DNA from: a virus
Lineage: Duplodnaviria; Caudoviricetes
IMG/VR virus record: IMGVR_UViG_3300043411_000280
Span: 1-41,804 of that record
Length of the DNA: 41,804 nt
Direction: 5' to 3' (one strand)
Shown in pieces: positions 7,547 through 18,500 of this stretch. The translations under genes and the position numbers were made by a program. The notes beneath the pieces were generated by a model. That model ran no database searches, was not told the DNA's origin, and worked only from the letters and a program-made list of their open reading frames with translations. Numbering within the stretch: the stretch's first letter is position 1; every line of letters starts with the position of its first letter.

Positions 7547-7833
7547 CACTCAGCACCAGCTTCAGGCTTAGTACCACCACCCTTGCGGCCAGAGATAGCA
7601 CCCATTGCACCAACCCCCATGAAGGCAATCGCTTTCAGGATTTCGAGGAACACGGCGTCGATTGGGGCCAGCTCGCCGGTTTGCTCTTCAAAGCCGATGA
7701 GCCAGAGCACACCGAATGCAATGATCATCACCATGCAAGTGATCGAACGAACGACGAACGACCATGTGCGCACCTCGATCTCTTCCTCGGTTAGCTTTGG
7801 TCGGTTGATCCACTGCTGCAATAACTCTTTCAT
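7546..7833 (-). CDS. Two-TM membrane protein in the lysis cassette
   Basis: Two hydrophobic helices; overlapping stop/start codons with both neighbours. Confidence 0.75.
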   Translation of the reverse strand: MKELLQQWINRPKLTEEEIEVRTWSFVVRSITCMVMIIAFGVLWLIGFEEQTGELAPIDAVFLEILKAIAFMGVGAMGAISGRKGGGTKPEAGAE

Positions 7834-8054
7834 TTCTCGCCTTTCTCGGTGTCCTGCACCGCTTTCAATAAACGCTCCAGCTTCTCACGGCTCTCGCGCA
7901 ACGCCAACGCAGCACGCTCGGACTCGCGCTGCTGATGTTTGAATTGTCCGTCCTTCTTGTAGTTGTCCAACACCAAGATGAACACCACGGTGCACAAGCA
8001 CATGACGAGCACACCCAAGAAAACGATGATTCCGAGGTTATCTGGTTTAGACAT
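7830..8054 (-). CDS. Membrane-anchored coiled-coil protein (possible i-spanin)
   Basis: MSKPDNL, an N-terminal TM helix, then a charged coiled coil; lysis-cassette context. Confidence 0.6.
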   Translation of the reverse strand: MSKPDNLGIIVFLGVLVMCLCTVVFILVLDNYKKDGQFKHQQRESERAALALRESREKLERLLKAVQDTEKGEK

Positions 8055-8793
8055 TGGCAATGATACCGAGCAACAACCAAAAGTAGGCGATGACAAACGC
8101 AGTGAAGAACACGGCCACGTTGCGGTCGATGCGATCATGGCGCAGCTTCTCGGCCCTTGCCTCACGCCACGCCTTCTCGCGCTTGGCCTTCATCTGGCGA
8201 GCGGCCTGCCCAGCCTTAACCTTGTCCTGCATCTCTTGAAACTGCGACCAGATCGGGCCCAACTGCCAAGGAGCGCCACCCATCAAGGTGCGCAGCGTTG
8301 GGTAGGCAGCATCCAGCTCGGCTTGCAACTGCGTCAGCTCCAGCACTTCTTTTGGGTTGATCTCGTCCTTTCCAAAAACTTCGGCGTAACGCTTCTCTGC
8401 AAATGCTTTTAGGGTTGAGTAGTTATCGAACCACTCACCCATGTGCCCGATGAACTGCTGCACGACTTCATCTTGTGTTGGGATGTGATCGACGTAGCCG
8501 TCATCTTTTTTTGACTTGCCACGCTTAGCTGGCTCGGCTTGTTTGGTGGATGCTGCTGGCTCGGCGACAACGCTCGCGCTAGGTTTTGCAGGCGCACCAA
8601 GTAGGGATTTAATCCACCCCCAGATGCCAGTGACTTCTGCATAAATCTTCTTGGCATCAGCGACACCGCCATTAACCGTTTTCTTGACGCGCTGGATTTC
8701 AACAGAGCCTTCACGCAACGCATCGCAGCAATACTGAATGCCGCTGTACGCAGCACGCATTGCTTGCAGAGCGAGCATGATTTCTGGACCCAC
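8047..8793 (-). CDS. Helical protein with C-terminal TM anchor, function unknown
   Basis: 248-aa ORF with amphipathic helices and C-terminal VAVFFTAFVIAYFWLLLGII. Confidence 0.8.
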   Translation of the reverse strand: MGPEIMLALQAMRAAYSGIQYCCDALREGSVEIQRVKKTVNGGVADAKKIYAEVTGIWGWIKSLLGAPAKPSASVVAEPAASTKQAEPAKRGKSKKDDGYVDHIPTQDEVVQQFIGHMGEWFDNYSTLKAFAEKRYAEVFGKDEINPKEVLELTQLQAELDAAYPTLRTLMGGAPWQLGPIWSQFQEMQDKVKAGQAARQMKAKREKAWREARAEKLRHDRIDRNVAVFFTAFVIAYFWLLLGIIANV

Positions 8794-8794
8794 A

Positions 8795-9016
8795 TCACTT
8801 GTCGGCCTTGCCGTCCAGCTTGTCGAAGATTTGCTTTAGCAGGTCTTTCACGTCACGCATGTCAGCGCGATAGTCGTCCTTCTGCACATAGTCGTGAGGC
8901 AGAGTTTTAAGCTCGTCCTCAAGCCGCTGAATCTTGCGCGTTAAGTTGTTGAGCGTGTAGACCGCCAAGAAGCCAGCAACGCTGACCACCAGATTAAATA
9001 GTTGCTGGTTGTCCAT
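8795..9016 (-). CDS. Small TM plus coiled-coil protein (holin/antiholin-like)
   Basis: [43 protein letters not shown]; TGATG coupling. Confidence 0.75.
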   Translation of the reverse strand: MDNQQLFNLVVSVAGFLAVYTLNNLTRKIQRLEDELKTLPHDYVQKDDYRADMRDVKDLLKQIFDKLDGKADK

Positions 9017-9180
9017 CAAGCCACCTCGTCTGCTGGTTCAGGCGTGTTGCCTTCTTCCAGCCATTTCAAATAGGCTTGGTAGTCTGTGTTGGCTTCATCG
9101 AATGGGATGAAGGCGTTGTCAGCAAGGTGTTTGACGCACTGAGCTGGGCCTTGCCATGTGTCTGGTTGAAGTTGGTACAT
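9016..9180 (-). CDS. Small tail-fibre-associated protein (54 aa, not in track)
   Basis: [38 protein letters not shown], a motif typically found after phage fibre genes; SD GGA. Confidence 0.8.
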   Translation of the reverse strand: MYQLQPDTWQGPAQCVKHLADNAFIPFDEANTDYQAYLKWLEEGNTPEPADEVA

Positions 9181-9191
9181 AGTGTTTTCCA

Positions 9192-10298
9192 TTAGAGTTC
9201 AGCAGAAGCTGCCCATTGACCATAAGATGTATTTTGCCCTGCCGGTACAGATGTCTGATACGCCCTAAAGCCAGTCATTCCAATATCAATAAATGCCACA
9301 TTACTTAGACCCTCGCTAGAACCAGCAATGCCGTAATGCCACTGTCCAGACACGCCCGTATAAGACCATGCTGAGATTGACGGTGTTGCTCTTTTTGTCA
9401 CTTTGAAAAACACTGAATTACTGTAAAGAAGACTACCTGCTGCGTAAAGAACAGCCGGACCGCCACTCATGCCGGGACTACTACCCGCACCAACGGCAAC
9501 GTCAGTGTTGTAGCTCTTCTCGTAATACCGCTGACACAAAGCCAACTCAGTACCCATTGAACGGAAGTCAAACGATGTGGCTACAGTGCCGACTTCGATT
9601 TGAACGCCAGTGATGTAGAAGGTGGCTCCGCTTGTTCCGACAACAGAGACAGTGCCAGTTGGTTGCAATCCAGAGCCGCTTTGAGTACCCCACGCGCCAG
9701 CAGTTCCAACGCGAGTGCCTGATGCACCAAGCCCAAACCAAACAAGCAAGCCGCCTGTGTTATCAGTATTCCAAGTTCCAGTAGTATCGCCAGCAACTGT
9801 TACTGTTTTGTATTCCCAAGTGTTCGCCGCACTTACTGTGTAAGCAAATGAGTAGCATCGGTTTTGTGCGTAGTTCTCAAGAGAACCTCCAAATGAGCCT
9901 GTCAAAGAAGACTTGACCCAAAAAGATAACGTAACTGTTTTGGCACTAGCAGTACCAAAACCACAGTCAGCTACGTTATAGCCTTCAATTTGTTGCAATA
10001 AAGCAAAATAATCATTACCTGTTACTGAATAAGCAGATGATGAAGTCACCTTGAGTGAGTTTTTAAAACCCGTCGGTGCATCAGTTGACTGTTGTAATGT
10101 GAACTTGCTAGATTGAGTAACGGAAGCCTGCCACCTGTCAACGCCATACCATGTGCCGGATGTTGTAGGCGTAATACTGGCCCCCGCATTACGCTGGTCA
10201 ATCATCATCGCACCGTTGATGATGCGGTTCTTCATCCCCACAAACCCGCCAGTGCCGTAGCTACCAGCGAGTTCGGATAGTTCTCTTGCGTTGCTCAT
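9192..10298 (-). CDS. Second tail fibre / receptor-binding protein with a carbohydrate-binding-like domain
   Basis: [56 protein letters not shown]. Confidence 0.8.
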   Translation of the reverse strand: MSNARELSELAGSYGTGGFVGMKNRIINGAMMIDQRNAGASITPTTSGTWYGVDRWQASVTQSSKFTLQQSTDAPTGFKNSLKVTSSSAYSVTGNDYFALLQQIEGYNVADCGFGTASAKTVTLSFWVKSSLTGSFGGSLENYAQNRCYSFAYTVSAANTWEYKTVTVAGDTTGTWNTDNTGGLLVWFGLGASGTRVGTAGAWGTQSGSGLQPTGTVSVVGTSGATFYITGVQIEVGTVATSFDFRSMGTELALCQRYYEKSYNTDVAVGAGSSPGMSGGPAVLYAAGSLLYSNSVFFKVTKRATPSISAWSYTGVSGQWHYGIAGSSEGLSNVAFIDIGMTGFRAYQTSVPAGQNTSYGQWAASAEL

Positions 10299-10468
10299 GC
10301 TGTTACCTCGTTTAGTTGTTCGTCAGTTGGGCGAGCCAGTGTTGGGTGGTTCCATGCAGCAATGTAGTCACCGTTGCCATCGCTGTCGTTTTGCAAGCGA
10401 ATGGTGTCCAAGAAGTCTGCGTCTTGCAGTTCAGGATAGATTGCTTTTATTTTGTCGTAGAGTGTCAT
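10295..10468 (-). CDS. XkdW-like small tail-associated protein (57 aa, not in track)
   Basis: MTLYDKIKAIYPEL..F..TIRLQNDSDGNGDYIAAWNHPTLARPTDEQL; ATGA-coupled to the next fibre gene. Confidence 0.75.
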   Translation of the reverse strand: MTLYDKIKAIYPELQDADFLDTIRLQNDSDGNGDYIAAWNHPTLARPTDEQLNEVTA

Positions 10469-10469
10469 G

Positions 10470-12476
10470 TTATGCGCTCCGAATCATTGCTGCTTGGAAA
10501 AATGTATTCGCTTGACCACTTCCTATATTCACAGAAGTGCCTGTGATAAAAGCATACAGCTCAACATAGTCTGTTGAACCATTAAGATAGACTAGAGATG
10601 ACACATTGCAATTGAGACCAATATTAGAAAACGAGCCTCGCTTAAAAATAGTCCCGTTTTTATAAATTGAAACACCAGCTTGCGTATAAGCAGCAGATGC
10701 GGTTGAATCAATTGTTCCACTAACTTGGTAGTATCCAGCGACTGTTGGAGTAAAGCGATAGTTAGTGGCGTTATCGTAGTTGCTATTGGTATCAAATTCT
10801 TCTGTCGCGCATTGAACCTTTGTCCAAGTTGCACTACTAATGCTTTGACTTGTTGCTCGGTAAGCACTAAACGCAGGCCCATTACCCGCCACGTTTGCAG
10901 CCAAAGCCGCTTGAGGAATAGAAGCAGCAGGCAACACAGGAGCCGAGCTGAACGTCTTAACCCCAGCAACAGTTTGGTCACCAGTGAGCTTTACTGCAAA
11001 GGCATCTACCTGCGACTGCGTGTAGGTGTCAGCAACAGTGAACGACTTAAACGCAACCACCACCAGCTCGTCATTCAACGAAGCAGCAGAGCTAAGCACA
11101 ACGCTTGTACCGTTCGTTGCGGTGTAGTCCGTGCTATCCAATGACGCGCCGTTCAAGAACACGATGATGTTGCCGCTGGTGTACGACATGGTGCCGCCAA
11201 CAGTTGCAGCACCGCTGAACGTTGTCTGGCCAGCAGTTGCCACGTACTTGTAGACCAGCATCGAAGTCGTGCCGGCAGCCGTGGCCGTGATCCAGTTTGC
11301 ACCGTCGTAGACCTTCATGCTTTGCGTGCTGGTGCTGTAGTACAACGCGCCGGTGATCAACGCGTTGCCATCGTTGTCGAGCGTTGGGTCAGAAGACTTG
11401 CTACCCAAATAACGGTCGTCAAAACTGTCAAGCGCAGTAGCAGCAGAAGCCGCAGAGTTTGCGGCAGACACAGCACTGGCCGCAGCGTTTGACGCCTCGG
11501 TTGGCGCAGCAATGATGGCCGCCATGTTTGTGGCCGCGCTGTTTACCGATGCAATGTTTGTCGACACCGTGCTCACAGCCGCAGCGTTTGTGGCCACCGT
11601 GCTCACAGCGGCAGAAATACCAGCCACGGTCGTCACGTTGGCGGCAATGCCAGCGACCGTCGTCACGTTGGACGCAATGTTCTCAACGGCAGACACATCA
11701 GCGGCAATATCGGCCACAGCCTGCACGTCGGCAGAAATGGCGGCAACAGCACCAATGTCGGTACCGTCAGCAGCCACGGTAGACACCGCAGCAGAGATGC
11801 CAGCAACCGTTGTCACAGCAGACGACACGCCTGCAACCGTGGTGACGTTCGACGCCACGCCAGCGACAGTGGTCACGTTCGAGCTGATACCGGCCACAGT
11901 TGTGACGTTGGTAGATACACCGGCCACCGTGGTGACGTTTGCAGCGATACCGGCGACAGTTGCCACCTCTGAATCGATGCCAGCAACGGTCACGACGGAC
12001 GCCTCAATGTCGGCCACAGCATCGATCTCGTCGGCGCTGTCAGCCAAGCGAACAATGTCAGCCACCAATGAATCAGCGTCAGCAGTACTCGACACCGGCA
12101 ACTTGGCCGAGCGGTCCACTTCTTCCTTGAGCTGCTGAGCAATCATGGTGAGCTGATCCAACGCACGCTCGTGCGACTCGGCTGGGAACGAATCGCCAGC
12201 AACATAGTCCGTCTCTTGCGTGGTTGGCACGTTACGCACAATGGTCAGCGTTTGACCAGTGGCCAAAGCCGTCGCCAGCGTCACAGAGCCGGACGAAGCG
12301 CCAGCACCAGTGACGGTGTAATCGGTGTCGAGGGCCAAGTTTGTCTCAACACCGGCCACGTTCTTCACGACCAAGATGTGAGAGTTTTCGAGAAAACGAA
12401 ACCCTACGGTGAATGGGCCCGTCGTGCCAGAGCCAGCATAAGGCCCTGACTTTGCGGTGGTGGTAGAAACGGTCAT
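10470..12476 (-). CDS. Tail fibre protein
   Basis: T7-fibre-like N-terminal anchor (FTVGFRF..DY..GDSFPAESHERALDQLTM), NVTTVAG repeats, FDDRYLG..DNDGNAL..GALYY, C-terminal C1q/TNF-like domain (PAFSAY..RFTPTVAGYY). Confidence 0.9.
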   Translation of the reverse strand: MTVSTTTAKSGPYAGSGTTGPFTVGFRFLENSHILVVKNVAGVETNLALDTDYTVTGAGASSGSVTLATALATGQTLTIVRNVPTTQETDYVAGDSFPAESHERALDQLTMIAQQLKEEVDRSAKLPVSSTADADSLVADIVRLADSADEIDAVADIEASVVTVAGIDSEVATVAGIAANVTTVAGVSTNVTTVAGISSNVTTVAGVASNVTTVAGVSSAVTTVAGISAAVSTVAADGTDIGAVAAISADVQAVADIAADVSAVENIASNVTTVAGIAANVTTVAGISAAVSTVATNAAAVSTVSTNIASVNSAATNMAAIIAAPTEASNAAASAVSAANSAASAATALDSFDDRYLGSKSSDPTLDNDGNALITGALYYSTSTQSMKVYDGANWITATAAGTTSMLVYKYVATAGQTTFSGAATVGGTMSYTSGNIIVFLNGASLDSTDYTATNGTSVVLSSAASLNDELVVVAFKSFTVADTYTQSQVDAFAVKLTGDQTVAGVKTFSSAPVLPAASIPQAALAANVAGNGPAFSAYRATSQSISSATWTKVQCATEEFDTNSNYDNATNYRFTPTVAGYYQVSGTIDSTASAAYTQAGVSIYKNGTIFKRGSFSNIGLNCNVSSLVYLNGSTDYVELYAFITGTSVNIGSGQANTFFQAAMIRSA
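11510..12040 (-). repeat. Degenerate 30-bp (10-aa) tandem repeats in the fibre shaft
   Basis: Repeated NVTTVAGI/VSS units; boundaries approximate. Confidence 0.85.
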
Positions 12477-12500
12477 CGCGACTCCTGTGTTTGCGGTATT

Positions 12501-15500
12501 TTAGAACGCTACCTGTGACGGCGGCAAGATATATGACTGACCGTTCTCGCGCTCGATTCGGCGCTCCATCCGGCGCAAGAACCCAGGATTCAGCGATTCC
12601 TGAATGCGGTACAGCACCATGTAGTCCAGCAACGGTCGAATCCAATACAGATTCAAGAACGGCGTGTTGTCCAGCAAAGCCTTGAACGAAGCCGCAGCCA
12701 CGTCGTCGCCATTGCGTAGGCGCGTCCACAAGTCGGTCAACGTGTCGAGGTTGCCAATCACAGGACCGGCCAGCGACGATGTGAAGGTGCGACCCATGCG
12801 CGAGTACTCGCCAAACAGGAAGTCACCGTAGATGCCCAAGCCGCCACCCTGAGCCAGCGCGGCCACGATGGTCTTGGGGTCCGTCGGGTCACGAGGCTCG
12901 CGGCCTTTGAGCAAGTCCTTGCCAGCCATAGCCGCATAACCAAGCGCACCGTACATGCCAATCATGGAAGCCAGACCAACCATGTCGCCGCGCCCGTTCT
13001 TGATGTACTCGCCAACGGTGTCATAGCCACGGCCGTAAACCTCGCGGCCAAGGACCATCTGGGTCATGGCAACACTAAATGATTTGAACTGGCCAATGAA
13101 GCGCAGCAGCTCGCCTTGCACAGTGCCAGGACGCGAGCCACGCAGCATCCACGCACGCGAGCGAGCACTTGGCTCCAGCACGGCATGGTGGGCACGGTCA
13201 ACGGCCATCACGCGCAAGGCCTGCGACAAGTCGTCCAGCAAGTTCGCCACAGACGCATCGCTGACAGTGCGGCCAACCTCGGTGATGTAGTTCTCCAGCG
13301 CAGCACGCGGCACGGTGCGCAAAGCCTCGGGCGTCATGTAGGCGCGACCGTCGGCCATTTGCATGGTGCCGATGCGCAACAAGTCCCACTTCTTCGCGTC
13401 GATGTTGTAGAGCGTGAGCAGGCGCTGCAGCTCGGGGTCCAAGCCGTCGAACTTCTTGCCAGCCTGCAACGCCATGTAGTGCGAATGCTGCAAGGCAGCG
13501 CCATCGCGCAGGGTCTCGGTCCACCAGTTCAAACCGTTGAGCTTGAAGAACTGCTGCATCGCTGCGGCCATCTTGCCGGCCACCAGATCAGGATTGTCGA
13601 AACGGGCGCTGACAGCACCAGCCACGGACTCGTGGAACACGCCGAGCGAAGACACAATGTCGGACTTCTCGTTCTTGGCACGTCCCTCGGTCAGACGGCT
13701 CATGCCATCGAGCACGCCCTCAAACATGTTCTTGCCCTCAGAGTAGCGCAGCTCGGCAGCGTAGCCAGCCAAGTCGGACACAGAGGAAACAAGCGCACCG
13801 CCCAGCTTAGCCATGCTCATCCATGAACGAGCGAACGAGCTGATCTTGGCAGCCGTCACGTCGCCAGGGATGTTCACCGAACCATCGACCTGAGCCAATA
13901 GATTCAGAATCGCACCGCGACGCTCGCGGAACTTGGCGCGACGCACAGGGTCCGCCACCAAGCTGTTCTCGTACTCGTCCATCAGGCGCGTGAGCGTTGC
14001 CTCTGGGTTGGTGCCCAAGGTTTTCAACAGCGCAGCAGCAGAGGCAGAGCGGTCCAAACCGGTCACAACAGACTCGGCCAAGGTGCCCATACCAAAGCGC
14101 TGGTTGTACTCATACGCGGCCACGCCGTCCTTGAAGTACAGCGCACGGCTCACCGACTCGCGCTTGGCCAGGTTCGAGCCCTTACCCATGGCGACGGTGT
14201 CCTCCTCCAGCGGGTTCGACTTCATGTGCACACCGGCAGCAAAGTCGTCGTACAAAGCACGCAACGAGCCCATCGGGTCCGTTTCGCTGATCAAGCCAAG
14301 ACGCATCATCTTGGGCAAGTCCAGCTTGTCCTTCACGAAGTCCACCCACTCGGCGTCAGTGGCCTCGCGGATTTTGAACATGTCGTGAGACTGACGCGTG
14401 ATGTAGCCTTGCAGGTCACGAATCCAAGCGCCAAAGCGATTGCGACGGTTCCGCGCGGTGGTCTGGTACTTGTTGACGATCTCGGCCAACTGCACAGCTT
14501 GTGGCGACAAACCGGTGAGGTCCGGCTTCTCTTGGCCAAGACGCCACAGAGCGTCGTACACATCGCGGTCGAACACGCCAGACACGAACTCGCGCATCAG
14601 GCCCAGCTTCTCAATGTCGGCAATCATGCCACCCAAGAACTCGCCACGGAAGCCCTTGTACTCAGCATCAACCGAAACACGAGCACCAGCACGCACACGC
14701 TGAGAGCCAACCAGCAGGGCAGCAAAGCCCTCAAAATCCAAGCCCTTCGACTTGTACTGGTTGACAAACGACGCGGCCTTCAAGCGCACGTTCATGTTGA
14801 GCGCCGTGTTGCGACGCTCGATGACAGCGGCCATCTCCAAGTTGTTCGCCAGCATGTCAGCCGCACGCATTGCCTCGGTCTGCATACCTGACGCAGCATC
14901 CTCAGCGCCCATGGCATCACGCACAGAACGCGTCACGCCACGCAGGCCTTGCACTTGCTTGCGAAGCTGGCCCAAGAGGTCGTCGATTTCCTCGGGCATC
15001 AAGTCAGGCACTTGCGACTTCATCGCGGCCACAGCCTCGGCGTCGTTGTCCAGCTTGTCGGCCGCCGCACGCAACACCTTGGCATACGACTTGGCACGCT
15101 CCACCTTGGCGTCGGCAGCCTTCATCTCAGGGTTTTCGCCAGCGTTGTCAGGCGTCTCACCGCGTGAGTAGCGCAAGCGTTTGTCGGTAGGCGAGAACTG
15201 GCCGGTGTTTTCAGTGGCGTGCTTTACAGCATCCTCACGGAACACGGCCAACTGGAAAAGCTCACCGGCAGGCGTGTACGCGCCAACAGCGTCGAATCCA
15301 CGCGCCTGAGCGGCAGCAGCGAACTCGTCCGCCCATGCCTTGTTTTTTTGCTTGGTACCGTCGAACTGCGGCTTGTTTTGCATGCCCCATTCGTCGGTCA
15401 AACGCGTCACGGCAGCGATGTAGTTCTCGTCCATCGTGCCCAGCTTGAGCACGTTCTCGGCACGAACAAACAGCGGCATCACAACGCGGTCACCACCTGC

Positions 15501-18500
15501 CATGCGTGCGTAGGTCTCGGCGATGAAGTCCTCGGGCGTGACATAGAAGCCGGTGCCCATGTTGCCCATGTCGGTGGCGGAGCCAGCGCGTCCAAGGTCC
15601 ACAGACTCCAAGCTCTCAGACGTGCCGTGGTACATCACCAACGGGTCGCCAGCAGAATCGATCAGCTCGGACTTACCAAACCACTCACGGAACGCGCGTG
15701 TGGCCGTTTGTTTCAGGTCACGCGAGAACGCAGGCGACAAACCTTGTGCACTCACCTGCTCGTTGCGTGCGGCAGCGTGCAAAGCAGACACAGCCAAAGC
15801 ACGGAAGTCGGCCTCGGTAAGCTGGAAGCGACCACGCGCAGACTCAAACGTGCGGTACGCCCAAGCACGCACAGCAGCAATGATGCGCTGAACGATTGGC
15901 AGCTCCGGCGCGTTTTGCACCAGATAAGCCAATTGCTCCTCACGCACCAAGCTGGCAGCGGTGTCAGCCGGTACCGACGAGCGAGCACGCTGCGCCCAGT
16001 CTTCGCCACGAGCAATGGCGTCGTCAAGCTGGCCAAGTACTTCGTCGAACACATCACGTCCAAGCATTTGCTCCATGCCAACGTGAACGCCAACCTCGTG
16101 CAGCATGATGCCCTTGGCTTCTGCCACGCTGAGATTAGACGCCACCATGTAGACCAAGCCATTCGGCGCAGTTGCCGCCTTGACGTCGGCAGGATGCGGA
16201 CCGCCAGGAATGTCGTCCGGCGTGGACACAACGCGCACAAGGCCTGCATCGAGCAAAGCCTCTGTCGAATCGCCAAACGACAAGCGCAACGCCTGAACCA
16301 TGTCGGCAGGGTTGTCGGTTGCACGCAACAGCTCGCCAGTTTGACGGGCATAACGATCAACGATCTTGGCCACGTTGTCGGCGTACACCACAAGGTTGTA
16401 AGCACCTTGGCCAGCCGCACGAGACTGACCGTCGAAGAACAAGTGGCCAGGCACACCGTTGTTGCTCAGGATGACGGACGCCACCTCTTCTGGGCTCGGC
16501 TCGTAGTTGGCCAAGTCCATGGCCTCGATTGGGTTTTCATCAGGGAAGCGACGCGTGGCAATTTCGTAATGAGCCTCCATGATTGGGTCAGCCAGCTCGT
16601 CGCCAAACTCACCTGAATTGATTTGGTCCACCAACCAGCGGTAAGCGTACTCACCCGTGTAGTCGGACACGCCCAGCCAGTCCATAGCGGCAGCCTTGGC
16701 CTCGTCCATGGTGGCGTAGTTGCCAGCAAGGTTGCCTTGGCGATAGAACGCAAAGCGACCGTCCTCAGCACCAGAGTCAACCTCCCATTCACGGATGGCC
16801 ACGGCCTCGGCGTCGGTCAGCGTGCTGTAGTAGGTGATCGAGCCGTCCTTAAACTGGAACGCCCATTCATCAGGACTGCCAGCAGGAGCCTCATAGATTT
16901 GGTAGCCGTACTGGTCAAGGATGGCCTGCACGCTTGGCTGTTTGAGCTCTTTGACGGTGACGCGCCCAGACACACCACGGTCGATCTCGAAGCCGCCATC
17001 AACAGGCTGCCACACAGGTGGATCGAATGGAGCAAGGCCCAAGTCCGCAAACAGCTCCTGCACCTCTGGCGCTTGGTTGCCCATTGGCTCCTCCCAAAGC
17101 AGCATGCGAGCAAACGCATCCTCTGGGATTTCAGCGCGGTACAAACTGCCAGGCAGCTCGACGGTGGACTCAGTCACGCCATTGGAGATGAGCTGCTCCA
17201 GCTCAGTGATTGCAGCCTGACGGCCATCCACAAACTTCTCGGCCTGCTCGTTGTTCAAACGCTCAAGCAGCATATCGAGCTGCACAACCTTGTTCACACC
17301 CTTGATCGTGCTCGTGCGAGGCGTTGCCTCTTTGCCGATGTTCTCAGGCAGCACGCGGCCAGAACTCACGTCGGCCTCGCGCTCGATGTACAAGCTCAGG
17401 TTGCTCGTGATTTCCTGCCCACCAGCCATGACGCGCAAACGCAGGTCGTCCGGCACGGGTGGCATGTAGTCAGTGATCGCAGGATTTAACTCGCGGCCAG
17501 CGTTGTCACGGATGAACTGCACAGCCTCGTCGACGCTTGCAAAGTTCTTGTTGCCAAAGCCAAATGGCGAATTTTGCACATACAAATCAGCGCCGCCACG
17601 CAACGGGTCGTTGTCGATGTAGAAACTGGAATCGGCAAACTCGCCCTCAAGGCGAGCCTCGTCATAGGTCACAGGCGTGGCAAACGTCACCTCCTCAACC
17701 GCAGCCTTGGCAAGACGCAAACCAGCCAACTCGTTGCGCATGCGCTCCAAAGCCTCTGGCGTTGCATTGCCGCCTTTTTTACGGAAGCCGACGTTGTACT
17801 GGTCAGCAGCGACCATCGCCTCCTCTTGTGTGGCGAATCGCTCGCTTGAGAACTCCTTGCCGTCTGGGTCAAGAACCAAGTACTCGCCGTCAGACTTGGA
17901 CAGATAGAAGCCACGGCCACCACGGTCGATATCTTTTTCAAGAGACGTAATCCGGCTTTCAAAACTGCGCATGGCGCTTTCATAGCCAAACTCACGGACC
18001 TGCTGAATCGCCACAGCCTTAGCCGACAGCTTCTGGTCCTTCTGATTGCGGTGCACCAGCGTGCCGTCCGGCATCACGTAGGTCTTGGCACTCGTGATCA
18101 AGTTCAAGATCAACGTACCACCAGCACCATCAGGAACCTCATACGAGCGGCCCTGCGCCAAACGACGCTCAGTCAAACGCTGACGGTACCGCGTCTGAGA
18201 CACCCACGCCTGCTGGGCAAGATAGTGGCCATAGCCAAACGCTTGCGCCTGCTCGCCAAACTCGCTGTTAATTTTGTCCCAGCGGAACATGCCCAGTGGG
18301 TTGTCACGCTCAGCAGCAAAACGCGCCGTGGTGCCTTGCCAGACCGTGGCCTTCTTTTGGCCAGGCGCTTCGCCGCGTGAGTACTTAAACGCTTGGTCGC
18401 CAGCCTTGATTGTGTCGGCCAGCATTGCGTCGGCCTCGTCCATTGCAGCCTGCGCGTCGGCCACGCCGGACCACTTAGGAGCCGCAGCGTTTTCTGCGTC

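Noticed and set aside
11510-12040. CRISPR-like or non-coding repeat array
   Set aside because: The repeats are degenerate, in frame, have no spacers and encode the fibre shaft.
9192-12476. Diversity-generating retroelement, expected because the structural module resembles BPP-1
   Set aside because: No reverse transcriptase or Avd-like ORF, and I saw no TR/VR pair differing at adenines near the fibre 3' ends.
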